Assembly (NCBI GenBank): GCA_016182555.1
Contig: JACPGJ010000002.1
Coordinates: forward strand, 48,040 to 112,039
Source of the DNA: Candidatus Kerfeldbacteria bacterium
GTDB taxonomy: Bacteria; Patescibacteriota; Patescibacteriia; UBA9570; XYC2-FULL-38-9
DNA length: 64,000 bases
Reading direction: 5' to 3'
Both the position numbers and the translations under genes were made by a program. A model generated the notes under the pieces. That model was not told the origin of the DNA, searched no databases, and worked only from the letters and a program-made list of their open reading frames with translations. Shown here piece after piece: positions 36,350 through 45,463 of this stretch. Within the stretch, counting starts at the first letter, position 1. Each line of letters opens with the position of its first letter.

Positions 36350-37963
36350 TTACAACTTTATCTTTCCGAGAGCCTGATGAATAGATGACTTCTCACTGAT
36401 GAGTTTAGACGAAGGACCTTTCTCTACATCACGTATATATGCTTCTGCAGAGGTTTTGAATACAGATTTCTCTACGTGGCCATCGCAATCAGACGGTACA
36501 GGTAAATTCAACAAATGAAGTAATAGGGGAGTAATATCTTGCATTTTTAATCCTTCCACAGTTTTGTTTTCGGCAAAATCTGGCCCGAGCGCCATGAATA
36601 TCCCAAATTGATCGTGTTTGTTCTGAATTTCCTCTGCAAATAATTTCCCAGATTGAAATTGTCCTACTAACCAATAGTCACCAAGTTCAAAAAAGATATC
36701 TGGTGCTTGGTCTGGTGCATCATTTCCATAGACTTCTTCACGCGTCATAATGCGGGAAATAATTGGCCGGCCAGCATCATCGCGAATGGCACGCATTTTT
36801 TCAATCACCTCTGCACGAAGCGCAGGATATTCTTCTTTTGAAACTGTACCGTCTTTATATACCCATGCTTTGTTGATATACGCGCTGGTGATATAGCTCC
36901 CTTTTGGAAAACACACTTTCGTTTTACTAAAATCAATGCCCACATTCACTTTCAAGTTCACCGGTAAATATCGTTTTACCACTTTATGATAGGTAAATTT
37001 TGCGGCGCGTTCGAGCATAGGGAATTTGCTCAAAAATTCAAACACGCCAGAATTGATATTGATTCGTTTCTTTTGAGCACGGACTTTATCGGCTTCTTTC
37101 GCGCGGCGAGTTGCTGCACCACGAAATTGGTCAGCGTTCGTGTTGGTGGTTAAATATCCTTCCTTTTCTAACCAACGGTTAAAGTAAAATATTTTTTTAA
37201 ATGATTGAAACCCATGGTCGGAAACGATAATCAGGTTCGCGTCTTTTGGAAGGTGTTCCAAAAACCATGCCAGGTGCTCATCTACTTTTTCAAAAACACG
37301 CCGCGCTGATGCTTCTTCTTTTTCTTCTAGCTCGGTATAGGCCAAATGTGAAATCCAATCTGTATGCGAGAAGAGGTAAAAGAAAAAATCCCAGGGTTTT
37401 TTTTCAAATAGCCAACGCACACATGTGGTTTGTTCTTCCAAGTGCTTCAACAAATCTTCAATATATTCCTGCCGGCGTTCTTGCAGGCGCACACTTTCAT
37501 CGGGTGTAAGCCGATAATTTTTAAACGGCGGAAATTCTTCTTTTAGTGATTCAGGGTAAATCCATTTGTCGCCTTGGGTAAGCAAATCGGTAATCGTAAT
37601 ACTGTTCTTTAATTTTGGTGGGTAACTACCCGGCAGGTTCACGAGAATGGTTTTCATACCTTGCTCGTGCAGCATTTCATAAATCGTTTTATCACGAAAG
37701 TCGCTGCTTGTTGGAAATTTCATGTTGCCGAGTGAATCTGTGGGTAGCATGAAATCAAAAATACCGTGCTTACCCGGGTGTTTGCCAGTGGCAAATGTTC
37801 CCCACGATGCGGCGGTCATTGCTGGAATTGTGGATTCCAATTTTCCGCTGACACCCTGTTCCATGATCTTTTTCACCGTGGGCATGTAGCCTTTTTCGGC
37901 AAATGGTTTGAGGAGTTTCCAGGTGGCTCCATCGAGCCCGAGAACAACCGTTTTTTTCTTCAT
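36350..37963 (-). CDS. Alkaline-phosphatase-superfamily protein (NPP/phosphodiesterase-like), paralog 2
   Basis: Start at the internal MKKKTVVLGLDGATWKLL. ...STIPAMTAASWGTFATGKHPGKHGIFDF aligns to the 30676 protein. Confidence 0.6.
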   Translation of the reverse strand: MKKKTVVLGLDGATWKLLKPFAEKGYMPTVKKIMEQGVSGKLESTIPAMTAASWGTFATGKHPGKHGIFDFMLPTDSLGNMKFPTSSDFRDKTIYEMLHEQGMKTILVNLPGSYPPKLKNSITITDLLTQGDKWIYPESLKEEFPPFKNYRLTPDESVRLQERRQEYIEDLLKHLEEQTTCVRWLFEKKPWDFFFYLFSHTDWISHLAYTELEEKEEASARRVFEKVDEHLAWFLEHLPKDANLIIVSDHGFQSFKKIFYFNRWLEKEGYLTTNTNADQFRGAATRRAKEADKVRAQKKRININSGVFEFLSKFPMLERAAKFTYHKVVKRYLPVNLKVNVGIDFSKTKVCFPKGSYITSAYINKAWVYKDGTVSKEEYPALRAEVIEKMRAIRDDAGRPIISRIMTREEVYGNDAPDQAPDIFFELGDYWLVGQFQSGKLFAEEIQNKHDQFGIFMALGPDFAENKTVEGLKMQDITPLLLHLLNLPVPSDCDGHVEKSVFKTSAEAYIRDVEKGPSSKLISEKSSIHQALGKIKL

Positions 37964-38147
37964 AGATAGCGTTTTATTATGGATGAGCTTGAATTGTTGA
38001 GCAATATGAACAATAATAATAGTATTGGAGATTGGCCATTCTGGCAAGCACAGAGCAGAAAGCGGAGGATGCTTTTATTTTCTGTGTTTGCCGGAGGGGG
38101 CTGATTCTTTCTCCTTATTAAAGGGGGGACGAAAGGAAAGGCCATTT

Positions 38148-38678
38148 ATGTCGTCGACACAAGTTTTTAATGCGGCGGTGGAGTGGCTCGAAGCGCGCGA
38201 AGCTCTCTATCGCTCGGCGGTTCTCGCTGGGCAAGAGGGTGAGCTCCATGCCAGCCGGCAAGTCGAGTGGTTTGCCGGGTTGGTGGCGCAGTTTCGTGAT
38301 CTCGAGCTGCTCTGGCTCGAGGCAGGTCTTGATGATAAAGCTGTGCGATATTTGTGCACGGCGTTTCATCAGTCCTGCCGGCCACCCACGCGAAGCTCGG
38401 AAGAGTCGTTGGAGGTACGCACCCGCCGACGCGAGTGCTACTTCCTTCGCCAGGCTCTACGAGCTTCTGGTCTGCGACCGAATGGCAAGCTCCTTGAAAC
38501 CCAGGAGCTTTGCCTACAGCTCGCTGGAGTGGCTGAGCGATTCGCTGCGCGAGCAGGGGGTGCTCGTCAAAACCAACGGGCTGAGGAGTTGTCTCAGCTC
38601 GCTGACCACTTTCGCCGCGAAGCGAGAGAGGTCTATGAGCTCGCAATCATGCGCGGGCTCCTGAGCAAAGCGGCGTAG
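38148..38678 (+). CDS. Hypothetical protein encoded in a short GC-rich islet
   Basis: Start MSSTQVFNAAVEW. Ala/Arg/Leu/Glu-rich and predicted helical. GC visibly higher than the flanks. The opposite-strand ORFs are judged to be artefacts. Confidence 0.35.
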   Translation: MSSTQVFNAAVEWLEAREALYRSAVLAGQEGELHASRQVEWFAGLVAQFRDLELLWLEAGLDDKAVRYLCTAFHQSCRPPTRSSEESLEVRTRRRECYFLRQALRASGLRPNGKLLETQELCLQLAGVAERFAARAGGARQNQRAEELSQLADHFRREAREVYELAIMRGLLSKAA

Positions 38679-38775
38679 GTTTTTTTTCATGGCGCTGCCA
38701 GAGCGCTACTCACCATCCGTTCGTTTTCTGGACATCAATACGCGCCCGCTTCAAAGCGTGTTGATAAAACGAACT

Positions 38776-38815
38776 CCTTCCAGTATACAGTGCATGAGCA
38801 GTGTCTACTGGAAGG
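38776..38815 (-). terminator. Hairpin CCTTCCAGTA-N20-TACTGGAAGG followed by a U-rich tract on the minus strand
   Basis: 10-bp perfect stem directly 3' of the RHH gene 38832-39038. Confidence 0.45.
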
Positions 38816-38831
38816 ATATGTCTGAAAAAAA

Positions 38832-39038
38832 TTAATCTAAATAACCCAAATCTTCCAAGCGTTTTTTTACATCTGCTTCTTGCGCTGCCGTATAGCCCGT
38901 CGCGGTATCGTTTGCTGTTTGTTTTAACACCTCTTCTAAAATGTAGCACACATACTGCTCAACGGATTGAAATTCGCCAGAGGCTTTTACGCGTTCTTCC
39001 AATTGTTTTGCCAACGTTTCCGGTAATGTAATGTTCAT
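38832..39038 (-). CDS. Ribbon-helix-helix (CopG/Arc-like) small protein, paralog B
   Basis: MNITLPETLAKQLEERVKASGEFQSVEQYVCYILEEVL is a classic RHH N-terminus. C-terminal tail shared with 28009-28212. Confidence 0.5.
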   Translation of the reverse strand: MNITLPETLAKQLEERVKASGEFQSVEQYVCYILEEVLKQTANDTATGYTAAQEADVKKRLEDLGYLD

Positions 39039-39200
39039 GGGAGTCTATAATTAGTTCACTTTATTCGTGCAATTATAGTATACATTTTCGTTCTCATCGT
39101 CAACTATTCAGCAACCATTGTTATTTAAAATTGAAAAGTGGACTGCAACCATTGCTTTTTTCATTTATTTCGATATGATGTGTATATTATTTATAACTGT

Positions 39201-40133
39201 ATGGAATTAACTCAACATCGCATTTCATCGTTTGGCGATCTCCTCGATTTATGGAAACAAGGGAGCAAAACCGGCCTACAAAGTATTGAATTTGATTTGA
39301 GCGTTGGGCATCGGTCGGACGCCAGCACTCATCTTGATATCGGTCATCCCTTGGATTTGCTGCAGAGAGAAAAAAGAAACCAAACACCCATTCCCGCAGA
39401 AGAATTTTTTGACCAATTATCAACAGTAGGCATCAATGAAATTGTTATTGATATCAAAGCGCGTGGTTTTAACAAAGCGAAGTTCCAGAATGATGCCGGG
39501 CAACCAATAGCGGATGCAGAGTTTTTTGTTGGAGATCAGGAAAAATTATATCAAGAATTACCCGCGTTGTTGAAAACATATCAAGAGCAAGCACGTGAGA
39601 GGACTGGTAGAGAATCACGTATTGTTATCGCTTCAGTATTTCCAGAATTTTTTCTTCCAGAAGGAGAGGTGGCGGCTCATTCAGCAGCGTTTTTTCAAGA
39701 CTTATTGAAGTTGGGTGTCGCTACACGTTTTTTTGCCAGAACATTTGATGCGAAAGATTCAGAAAAAGATGTGAGTAAAAAAAGAAAAATCGATCCATTT
39801 GCTGAAGCAAACCGTTTAGGAGTTACGCAAATCGGTATCGAATTGCCAAAGCAGAATCTTGGAGAATATTTACGTTGGTTGAAGACATTACCACAGTATG
39901 AGCAGTATAGAGAATTCATTTCATTTTACACTGTTGATGATAAAACAGATTTAACAGAGATTCAAAAAGAGTTTCCCCGTGCAGAGGTTATTACCAATAA
40001 ATCATTTGCGTTAGAAGAAATTTCAAATAACAGTACAGAACAAGAAAAACGCAGAGAGGATGACGCGGTTCGTCAGAAAGAAGTAGCGCCATTCACTGTG
40101 AAAAACCCAGAATGGAAAACAAGATTTAATTAA
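39201..40133 (+). CDS. Hypothetical protein
   Basis: Intact ORF with no assignable motif. Divergent from the RHH gene. Confidence 0.4.
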   Translation: MELTQHRISSFGDLLDLWKQGSKTGLQSIEFDLSVGHRSDASTHLDIGHPLDLLQREKRNQTPIPAEEFFDQLSTVGINEIVIDIKARGFNKAKFQNDAGQPIADAEFFVGDQEKLYQELPALLKTYQEQARERTGRESRIVIASVFPEFFLPEGEVAAHSAAFFQDLLKLGVATRFFARTFDAKDSEKDVSKKRKIDPFAEANRLGVTQIGIELPKQNLGEYLRWLKTLPQYEQYREFISFYTVDDKTDLTEIQKEFPRAEVITNKSFALEEISNNSTEQEKRREDDAVRQKEVAPFTVKNPEWKTRFN

Positions 40134-40141
40134 CTATACGT

Positions 40142-40819
40142 ATGGCTGAAATAAAAACAATTGCAGACGTTATTCCGTTTCAAAAACCGCAAGATTCGAT
40201 TTTTTCGAAATTGATCAATCGGAAATTTTCACGCATCATCACCTTTTATTTGGTGAGAAATGTGAAGGGGATTCACCCCACACATATTAACATTGCTTCA
40301 CTCATTATTAGTCTTGCGGGGTGTGCCATGTTTTGGCACCCAAGTTACTGGGTACGATTCGCCGGTATTTTTGTGTTGCAACTTGGGTTCACGCTGGACT
40401 GCTGCGATGGGGAAATTGCGCGTATTAAAAATGTGGCCAGCCCTTTCGGAGCGTGGTTCGATTCTGTACTAGACCGCTTCAAAGAATTTGCGATGCTCGC
40501 TTCACTCATGGCGTTTTCGTATTTTCACCAACCGTATGGCGTGCATGTACTGGTCGTTGGCTTCCTGGCAATTATTGGTTTGCAACTTGTTTCCTATTTG
40601 CGTGAGGCAAAAAAGAGTTCTTGGCCATCGACGCGCACTGCCGAAGTGGCGATTAGCAAAAATATCTATATTGGAACGGTAGACGTAACCATTTACCTTG
40701 TCTGTTTTGCTGTTTTTCTTAACGCTCAGTATTATATGCTTTGGTTTTTCTTAACGCTCAGTTTACCGATGATTGCTAAGCAACTTCGCTCTGCGTTTCG
40801 TTTAGCTAAAAAATCATAA
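40142..40819 (+). CDS. CDP-alcohol phosphatidyltransferase family protein
   Basis: LDCCDGEIARIKNVASPFGAWFDSVLDR, the D-G-x2-A-R-x8-G-x3-D-x3-D signature. Polytopic. Confidence 0.7.
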   Translation: MAEIKTIADVIPFQKPQDSIFSKLINRKFSRIITFYLVRNVKGIHPTHINIASLIISLAGCAMFWHPSYWVRFAGIFVLQLGFTLDCCDGEIARIKNVASPFGAWFDSVLDRFKEFAMLASLMAFSYFHQPYGVHVLVVGFLAIIGLQLVSYLREAKKSSWPSTRTAEVAISKNIYIGTVDVTIYLVCFAVFLNAQYYMLWFFLTLSLPMIAKQLRSAFRLAKKS

Positions 40820-40830
40820 TATGCATTCCC

Positions 40831-41316
40831 ATGAATGAATATACACATCCAGTGGTGAAAAAATTACAGAATGAATCATATACGCCACAACAAGAGTACT
40901 GTGTGACTCGAGCCTTGCGTACGGTGTTTGCTCCAGAATTACGCCGCTATACTATTCAACACATTCCAAAATATGATAGTTTAAAAGGTCAGTCATTGGA
41001 GTCAATTGACCAAAAAAAATTTGCTGATATTGATTTTGAGATTGCAATTGAGATCCAGACTAATGCTAAAATGAAAGAGCTTTTATGGCGACTATTAGAA
41101 ACGCAAATGAGTGCACCAACAGACGTCGCCATAAAATCAGAAGTCGAATTATTTGCGGAATATATGTATCGGCAATCTGATGCGACAAAACAAAATGAAG
41201 TAATCCAAGCATTTCCTGAATACAAAGAACATATCATTTCTGAATATATGAGGCGTTCTGCTTTGCATAATGCTCAAACAATGCGTGAGCAAAAACGATC
41301 GATTGTTTTTCACTAA
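40831..41316 (+). CDS. Hypothetical protein
   Basis: 161-aa soluble ORF with no motif recognised. Confidence 0.35.
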   Translation: MNEYTHPVVKKLQNESYTPQQEYCVTRALRTVFAPELRRYTIQHIPKYDSLKGQSLESIDQKKFADIDFEIAIEIQTNAKMKELLWRLLETQMSAPTDVAIKSEVELFAEYMYRQSDATKQNEVIQAFPEYKEHIISEYMRRSALHNAQTMREQKRSIVFH

Positions 41317-41322
41317 TAACAA

Positions 41323-42111
41323 TTATTTTTTGTTTTGATTGCTATCGTATTCCATGAACACTTTGTAGTTCAACAGGCCAGAAATAGTGGAAAAGAAGAA
41401 GGCGAGAGCGGCGTAGAGAACAATACCAAAAGCAGCGTGATTTGTGAGCCCAAAAATAGTATAGAGTAATACGCGGTCAGAAAGTTTAAATAGGGAAGAG
41501 TGTTTGAGTGTGCGAAGCAACTGATTTCCTTTATCATTTTTAATAAACATGCGCGGAGTGTCTTTTTTGCCACTCGTTTCGAGTGTGAACATATCGCGGT
41601 TGAGCGCGCAGATATTTCGCAAGAATTGAAAGAAGATGCCGAAGAAAGCAAGGAGCAATACCCACACGAGTTGGTCACCAGAAGCGGTGTATGCACCCCA
41701 AGCGAAGCCGATAAGAATACATCCGTCTTTGATTTTATCTGAATGATAATCAAACCATGCGCCGGCTTGAATTTTTAACCCCATCAAGCGCGCGAGTTGA
41801 CCATCGCAACAATCGAAGATAAATGAGATGTGCAGAATAATGACGCCCCATATCAACGATTGATAATCGCCGCGAGAAAAAAGATACGCGGTGAGAAGCC
41901 CCAGCATCAGCGAACTGCTCGTGAAAAAATTCGGTGTTACACGAGGCAAAAAACGAAACGTAAACCAAACAATTCGATTTGCCACTTGCGCGGAAAAATA
42001 ATACGCCAAAAATCCGTCTTCTTTTTTAATAACATCATGTGGAGCAGTATAGGGTGCGGCGATCGGGCGTTGGTTAGACATACTTCGAGATAAATATATT
42101 ATATTGTTCAA
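41323..42111 (-). CDS. CDP-alcohol phosphatidyltransferase family protein (second copy)
   Basis: FDCCDGQLARLMGLKIQAGAWFDYHSDKIKD signature. Overlaps the 3' end of the G1PDH-like gene. Confidence 0.7.
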   Translation of the reverse strand: MNNIIYLSRSMSNQRPIAAPYTAPHDVIKKEDGFLAYYFSAQVANRIVWFTFRFLPRVTPNFFTSSSLMLGLLTAYLFSRGDYQSLIWGVIILHISFIFDCCDGQLARLMGLKIQAGAWFDYHSDKIKDGCILIGFAWGAYTASGDQLVWVLLLAFFGIFFQFLRNICALNRDMFTLETSGKKDTPRMFIKNDKGNQLLRTLKHSSLFKLSDRVLLYTIFGLTNHAAFGIVLYAALAFFFSTISGLLNYKVFMEYDSNQNKK

Positions 42112-43144
42112 TACAGGCTATTGCTTTTTTTCGATCCAGATTCAGTTGTTCAAAAATGGTGTAGCGTTCCGAACGAGTTTCAGGTGCGCGGAGCAATACT
42201 TCAACCATTTGTTCGTCAGTTAACCCGAGGGCAGTATGCGTTAGTGGTAAATGAACGCTTTTGAAAAAATCAATCAAATGTTCGATAGATTCTCCACGCA
42301 TCATGCCGGTCAATAGCATGCCATACGCTACTTGCAGGCCATGCATAGAAGTTTTTGGATATAACAAATCAATGGCATGTGAAATTTTATGTTCAGAACC
42401 CGAACATGGTCGAGAACTGCCAGCAATATTCATGGCAATGCCAGATAAAATTAACCCATGCACCAGCTTTTGTAAAAATGTTTCTTCTTGTAAATCCATT
42501 TTGCCCCCGCGGCAAGTTTCATAAATGAGTTGTGCCGCAGAGTAGGCGATAGACGCTGCAAAATCATCCATCGATTCTTTTCCAGCAGCGTAGGCTAAAC
42601 GCCAATCCGCAATGGCAGACATGTTTGAGATTAAATCGCCAACACCCGAACGAATATTTTCTATTGGCGCGCTGGTAAGCATTTTTGTGTCTACTAAAAT
42701 ACCAACGGGCATATTTACTGGAATGCTTTCCGTGAGCCCTTCTTCATTGATTAACACAGCGACGGGAGATGAAATACCATCATTTGAAGGAGAAGTTGGG
42801 ATAGAGATGTAGTTCACGCCAGCTTTCGTTGCAATATATTTCCCCAAATCCAGCACCCGACCGCCACCAATATTGACCAATACATCATTCCGTTTTTCGC
42901 GAATTTCACGAATAATTTCTTTTGCACGAGCAAGAGAGTTTTCATTTGTCAGAATTGTTGCTGGGTCGTTCAGCGCATGCACGACATCGTTTCCACCCAT
43001 TTCTAAAATATGTTTTTCAGAAATAATTAACGGTTTTTGAAAATGGATATGCTGTTCATCTAAAATTTTTCGAATATTTCTGAGACAGCCGGTTTCTATT
43101 TTAATAAACAAAGGAATTTGAATGTTGCGTAGAATGACTGACAT
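42074..43144 (-). CDS. Glycerol-1-phosphate dehydrogenase-like enzyme (Fe-ADH_2/AraM/EgsA family)
   Basis: NIGGGRVLDLGKYIATKAG (GGGxxxDxxK) and SIPTSPSNDGISSPVAVL (the PT-x-S-x-DG-x-SP motif of G1PDH/glycerol dehydrogenase-type enzymes). Confidence 0.6.
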   Translation of the reverse strand: MSVILRNIQIPLFIKIETGCLRNIRKILDEQHIHFQKPLIISEKHILEMGGNDVVHALNDPATILTNENSLARAKEIIREIREKRNDVLVNIGGGRVLDLGKYIATKAGVNYISIPTSPSNDGISSPVAVLINEEGLTESIPVNMPVGILVDTKMLTSAPIENIRSGVGDLISNMSAIADWRLAYAAGKESMDDFAASIAYSAAQLIYETCRGGKMDLQEETFLQKLVHGLILSGIAMNIAGSSRPCSGSEHKISHAIDLLYPKTSMHGLQVAYGMLLTGMMRGESIEHLIDFFKSVHLPLTHTALGLTDEQMVEVLLRAPETRSERYTIFEQLNLDRKKAIACIEQYNIFISKYV

Positions 43145-43145
43145 A

Positions 43146-43880
43146 TTATTGTCGTATCTGTTTAATCAGTTCTTTCGCCGCTTCCAAATCTTCGTGTGTG
43201 TCAATTTCCATGACGGGCAATCCTTCGGTGGATATTTTTTTAATTTGTGTTCCGTAGTCGTCAATCATTTGCTGAATAGCATCTTCATAGTACACTAACG
43301 GGTCTTCACCCATCTTTTTTTCCGCGGCCGCCAGTAGCGCATCTTTTGTGGGTTTTGAAAAACGGAGAATACCGACATATTCGCCATGTGCTGTTGCTGG
43401 GTCGAGTGTTTTGTGAATGCGTTGAATGTATCCGTTCTCATCAGCAAGGACTTTCATTTCTTCTTCGCCGAGCGTTTTTACATCATCTACCATCATCGCA
43501 TTTGCTTCCGGTGAAGCCAATAATTTTTTCAAAATATCGGTATGAAAAATAGTATCGGAATTGATCCAAACAAAATCGTCATCGAACAAATGTTCCGCGG
43601 AAGGGATGCCAATGATATTTCCGGTTGTGGCATATTCGGGAATAAAATGCAGATCAATACTCACGTCATTGGCATCGGCATACCGTGAGGTAAATTCTTC
43701 AACGAATTCATGCCCGTGACCCGTGAGAATATCAAAGTGCTCCATGCCAGCATGCCGTGCATTATCTAAAATATGCTCTAAAATGATTTTTTCATCTACA
43801 GGAAGTAATGTCTTTGGAATAGTATCAGTTTTTGGACGAAGTCGTTTGGAAACTCCACCGGCTAAAATAATACAGCGCAT
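43146..43880 (-). CDS. Sugar/polyol-phosphate nucleotidyltransferase (NTP_transferase family)
   Basis: Start MRCIILAGGVSKRLRPKTDTIPKTLLPV, a G-x-G-x-R-L signature. The ORF-track N-terminal extension runs through the palindromic repeat and is rejected. Confidence 0.6.
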   Translation of the reverse strand: MRCIILAGGVSKRLRPKTDTIPKTLLPVDEKIILEHILDNARHAGMEHFDILTGHGHEFVEEFTSRYADANDVSIDLHFIPEYATTGNIIGIPSAEHLFDDDFVWINSDTIFHTDILKKLLASPEANAMMVDDVKTLGEEEMKVLADENGYIQRIHKTLDPATAHGEYVGILRFSKPTKDALLAAAEKKMGEDPLVYYEDAIQQMIDDYGTQIKKISTEGLPVMEIDTHEDLEAAKELIKQIRQ

Positions 43881-43920
43881 AAAATATATTAATGGAAAAG
43901 TATTTGAGAGCCAGAGCGGC

Positions 43921-43972
43921 AATTCCGGAGAGAGCACGTATTTGCGAAGCAAAACGAAGCTCTCGAGGAATT
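43921..43972. repeat. Palindromic intergenic repeat, copy D
   Basis: aattccggagagagcacgtatttgcgaagcaaaacgaagctctcgaggaatt. Its flanks cggc / gtcgctacgg partly mirror copy A. Confidence 0.7.
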
Positions 43973-43993
43973 GTCGCTACGGCTCTCTACAGC

Positions 43994-45460
43994 TTATAAA
44001 TCATTTGTATTCTTTTCGATTTTTCTTGTGAGAATCTGTTTCATAATAATTTTATCTTCCTCACTAAAGAATCGGAATATCCATAAGGCGAATAGATACA
44101 CAAAAGCTCCAAGAATAACCAAAACTATAACAGGAAGTGTTCCTTTTGACAAGTATAAAACACTGAACATCACGACGGTTGCACCGATAATGGGCAATAG
44201 TGATGCGAGGTCGCGGAGATTCGATTGACGCAAGAAATGATTCGAGAGATAAATAGACGAAACCGTAATCGTGATTTCCGTAATGAGCGTAGCAATCGCT
44301 GCACCAGTAGCTCCATAATTTCGCACCAAAAAAATATCGAGCACGACATTTAAAACCAACGTTGCCAATTGAATGCCGGCACGCAGCCCCTGATGATCGG
44401 TTGTGGTTAACGAATTTCCATGACCAATGCCCACAAAGCGAATAGCCAGAAACCACCCGAAGACTTGTAACACTGGAACGGCCGCCAAAAATTCCGGTTT
44501 ATGGTAGACCAGTGGAATAATCGCTGGTGCCAAAAACCATAATCCAATACCCGCAGGAATACCAATGGCAGCAAGATATCGATTCGTTAAATTTTGTGCA
44601 CGGGTATATTTTTCCATATTGTTCTTGCTGTAGCGATACATAATTGGCATCGTCACCTGGAATAACATGAGCGGCACAAATAAGAACATCGACACTAACT
44701 TCGCTGCCGCAGAATAAATACCCACTTCTCCTTGATCACGAATAATCGAAATAATAATTTGATCGATTTGAAAATAGAGCATGAAGAACATATTGTACAA
44801 GGTGAACACATACGCTTGTTTGATCATGGGTAGAATCAATTTCGTGTCGAATTGTGGCTTCACTAGTTTTCGTGTATAGGCAAATAACAGCACGATACAA
44901 AATAGATCAACCCATAAACTAGTGTGCGCAATACCAAGCAAACCGCGGTCTGGATTTTTCACCAACCAAATAATGCCAAAAGTAAAGAAACAAAAGAGCG
45001 TGCCGTTGATTACTTCCACCACGCCGATAATTTTTAGGTTCAGTGCTACACGAAAGACGCCACGCATCACTTTTCGGAATTCAAATATGAGGTTTGATGC
45101 ACCAAGAAGGGCCATGAGCACAATGGTGGTATGCGAATAACCAATGCCAACTCCAATACCAATAATGATAAAAAAGAGTATCACGGATAACACCGTTTCA
45201 ACTAACAATGTATTCCCAAAATAAATCGCCATCTTTTTTTCATCCCGTGCTCCTTCACGCACAATTAAGGTGCTCATTCCTAAATCATTGAGCGCCAAAA
45301 ACATATTTGCCCACGCTGTTGCGGTTTCAAACATGCCGTAGCGTTCTTTGCCCAGATAGTTGGCGGCGTAAATTAACGCAATCGCGGTCAGAAATCGAAA
45401 TGCGGTTCGCGCAATCAACAAGTACGATACATTTTTAAATACCGATTTGGCAGTGCTCAT
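43994..45460 (-). CDS. Wzx-like polysaccharide flippase (MOP superfamily, Polysacc_synt family)
   Basis: 488 aa with ~12-14 TM helices. N-terminal ...NVSYLLIARTAFRFLTAIALIYAANYLGKERYG is typical of Wzx/RfbX proteins. Confidence 0.65.
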   Translation of the reverse strand: MSTAKSVFKNVSYLLIARTAFRFLTAIALIYAANYLGKERYGMFETATAWANMFLALNDLGMSTLIVREGARDEKKMAIYFGNTLLVETVLSVILFFIIIGIGVGIGYSHTTIVLMALLGASNLIFEFRKVMRGVFRVALNLKIIGVVEVINGTLFCFFTFGIIWLVKNPDRGLLGIAHTSLWVDLFCIVLLFAYTRKLVKPQFDTKLILPMIKQAYVFTLYNMFFMLYFQIDQIIISIIRDQGEVGIYSAAAKLVSMFLFVPLMLFQVTMPIMYRYSKNNMEKYTRAQNLTNRYLAAIGIPAGIGLWFLAPAIIPLVYHKPEFLAAVPVLQVFGWFLAIRFVGIGHGNSLTTTDHQGLRAGIQLATLVLNVVLDIFLVRNYGATGAAIATLITEITITVSSIYLSNHFLRQSNLRDLASLLPIIGATVVMFSVLYLSKGTLPVIVLVILGAFVYLFALWIFRFFSEEDKIIMKQILTRKIEKNTNDL

Positions 45461-45463
45461 ATA

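Noticed and set aside
38832-39038. The RHH proteins (28009-28212, 38832-39038) as antitoxins of cryptic TA pairs
   Set aside because: No toxin-like gene (ParE/RelE/PIN/HicA etc.) is adjacent to either. They are better viewed as small RHH regulators. The antitoxin role is left open but not called.
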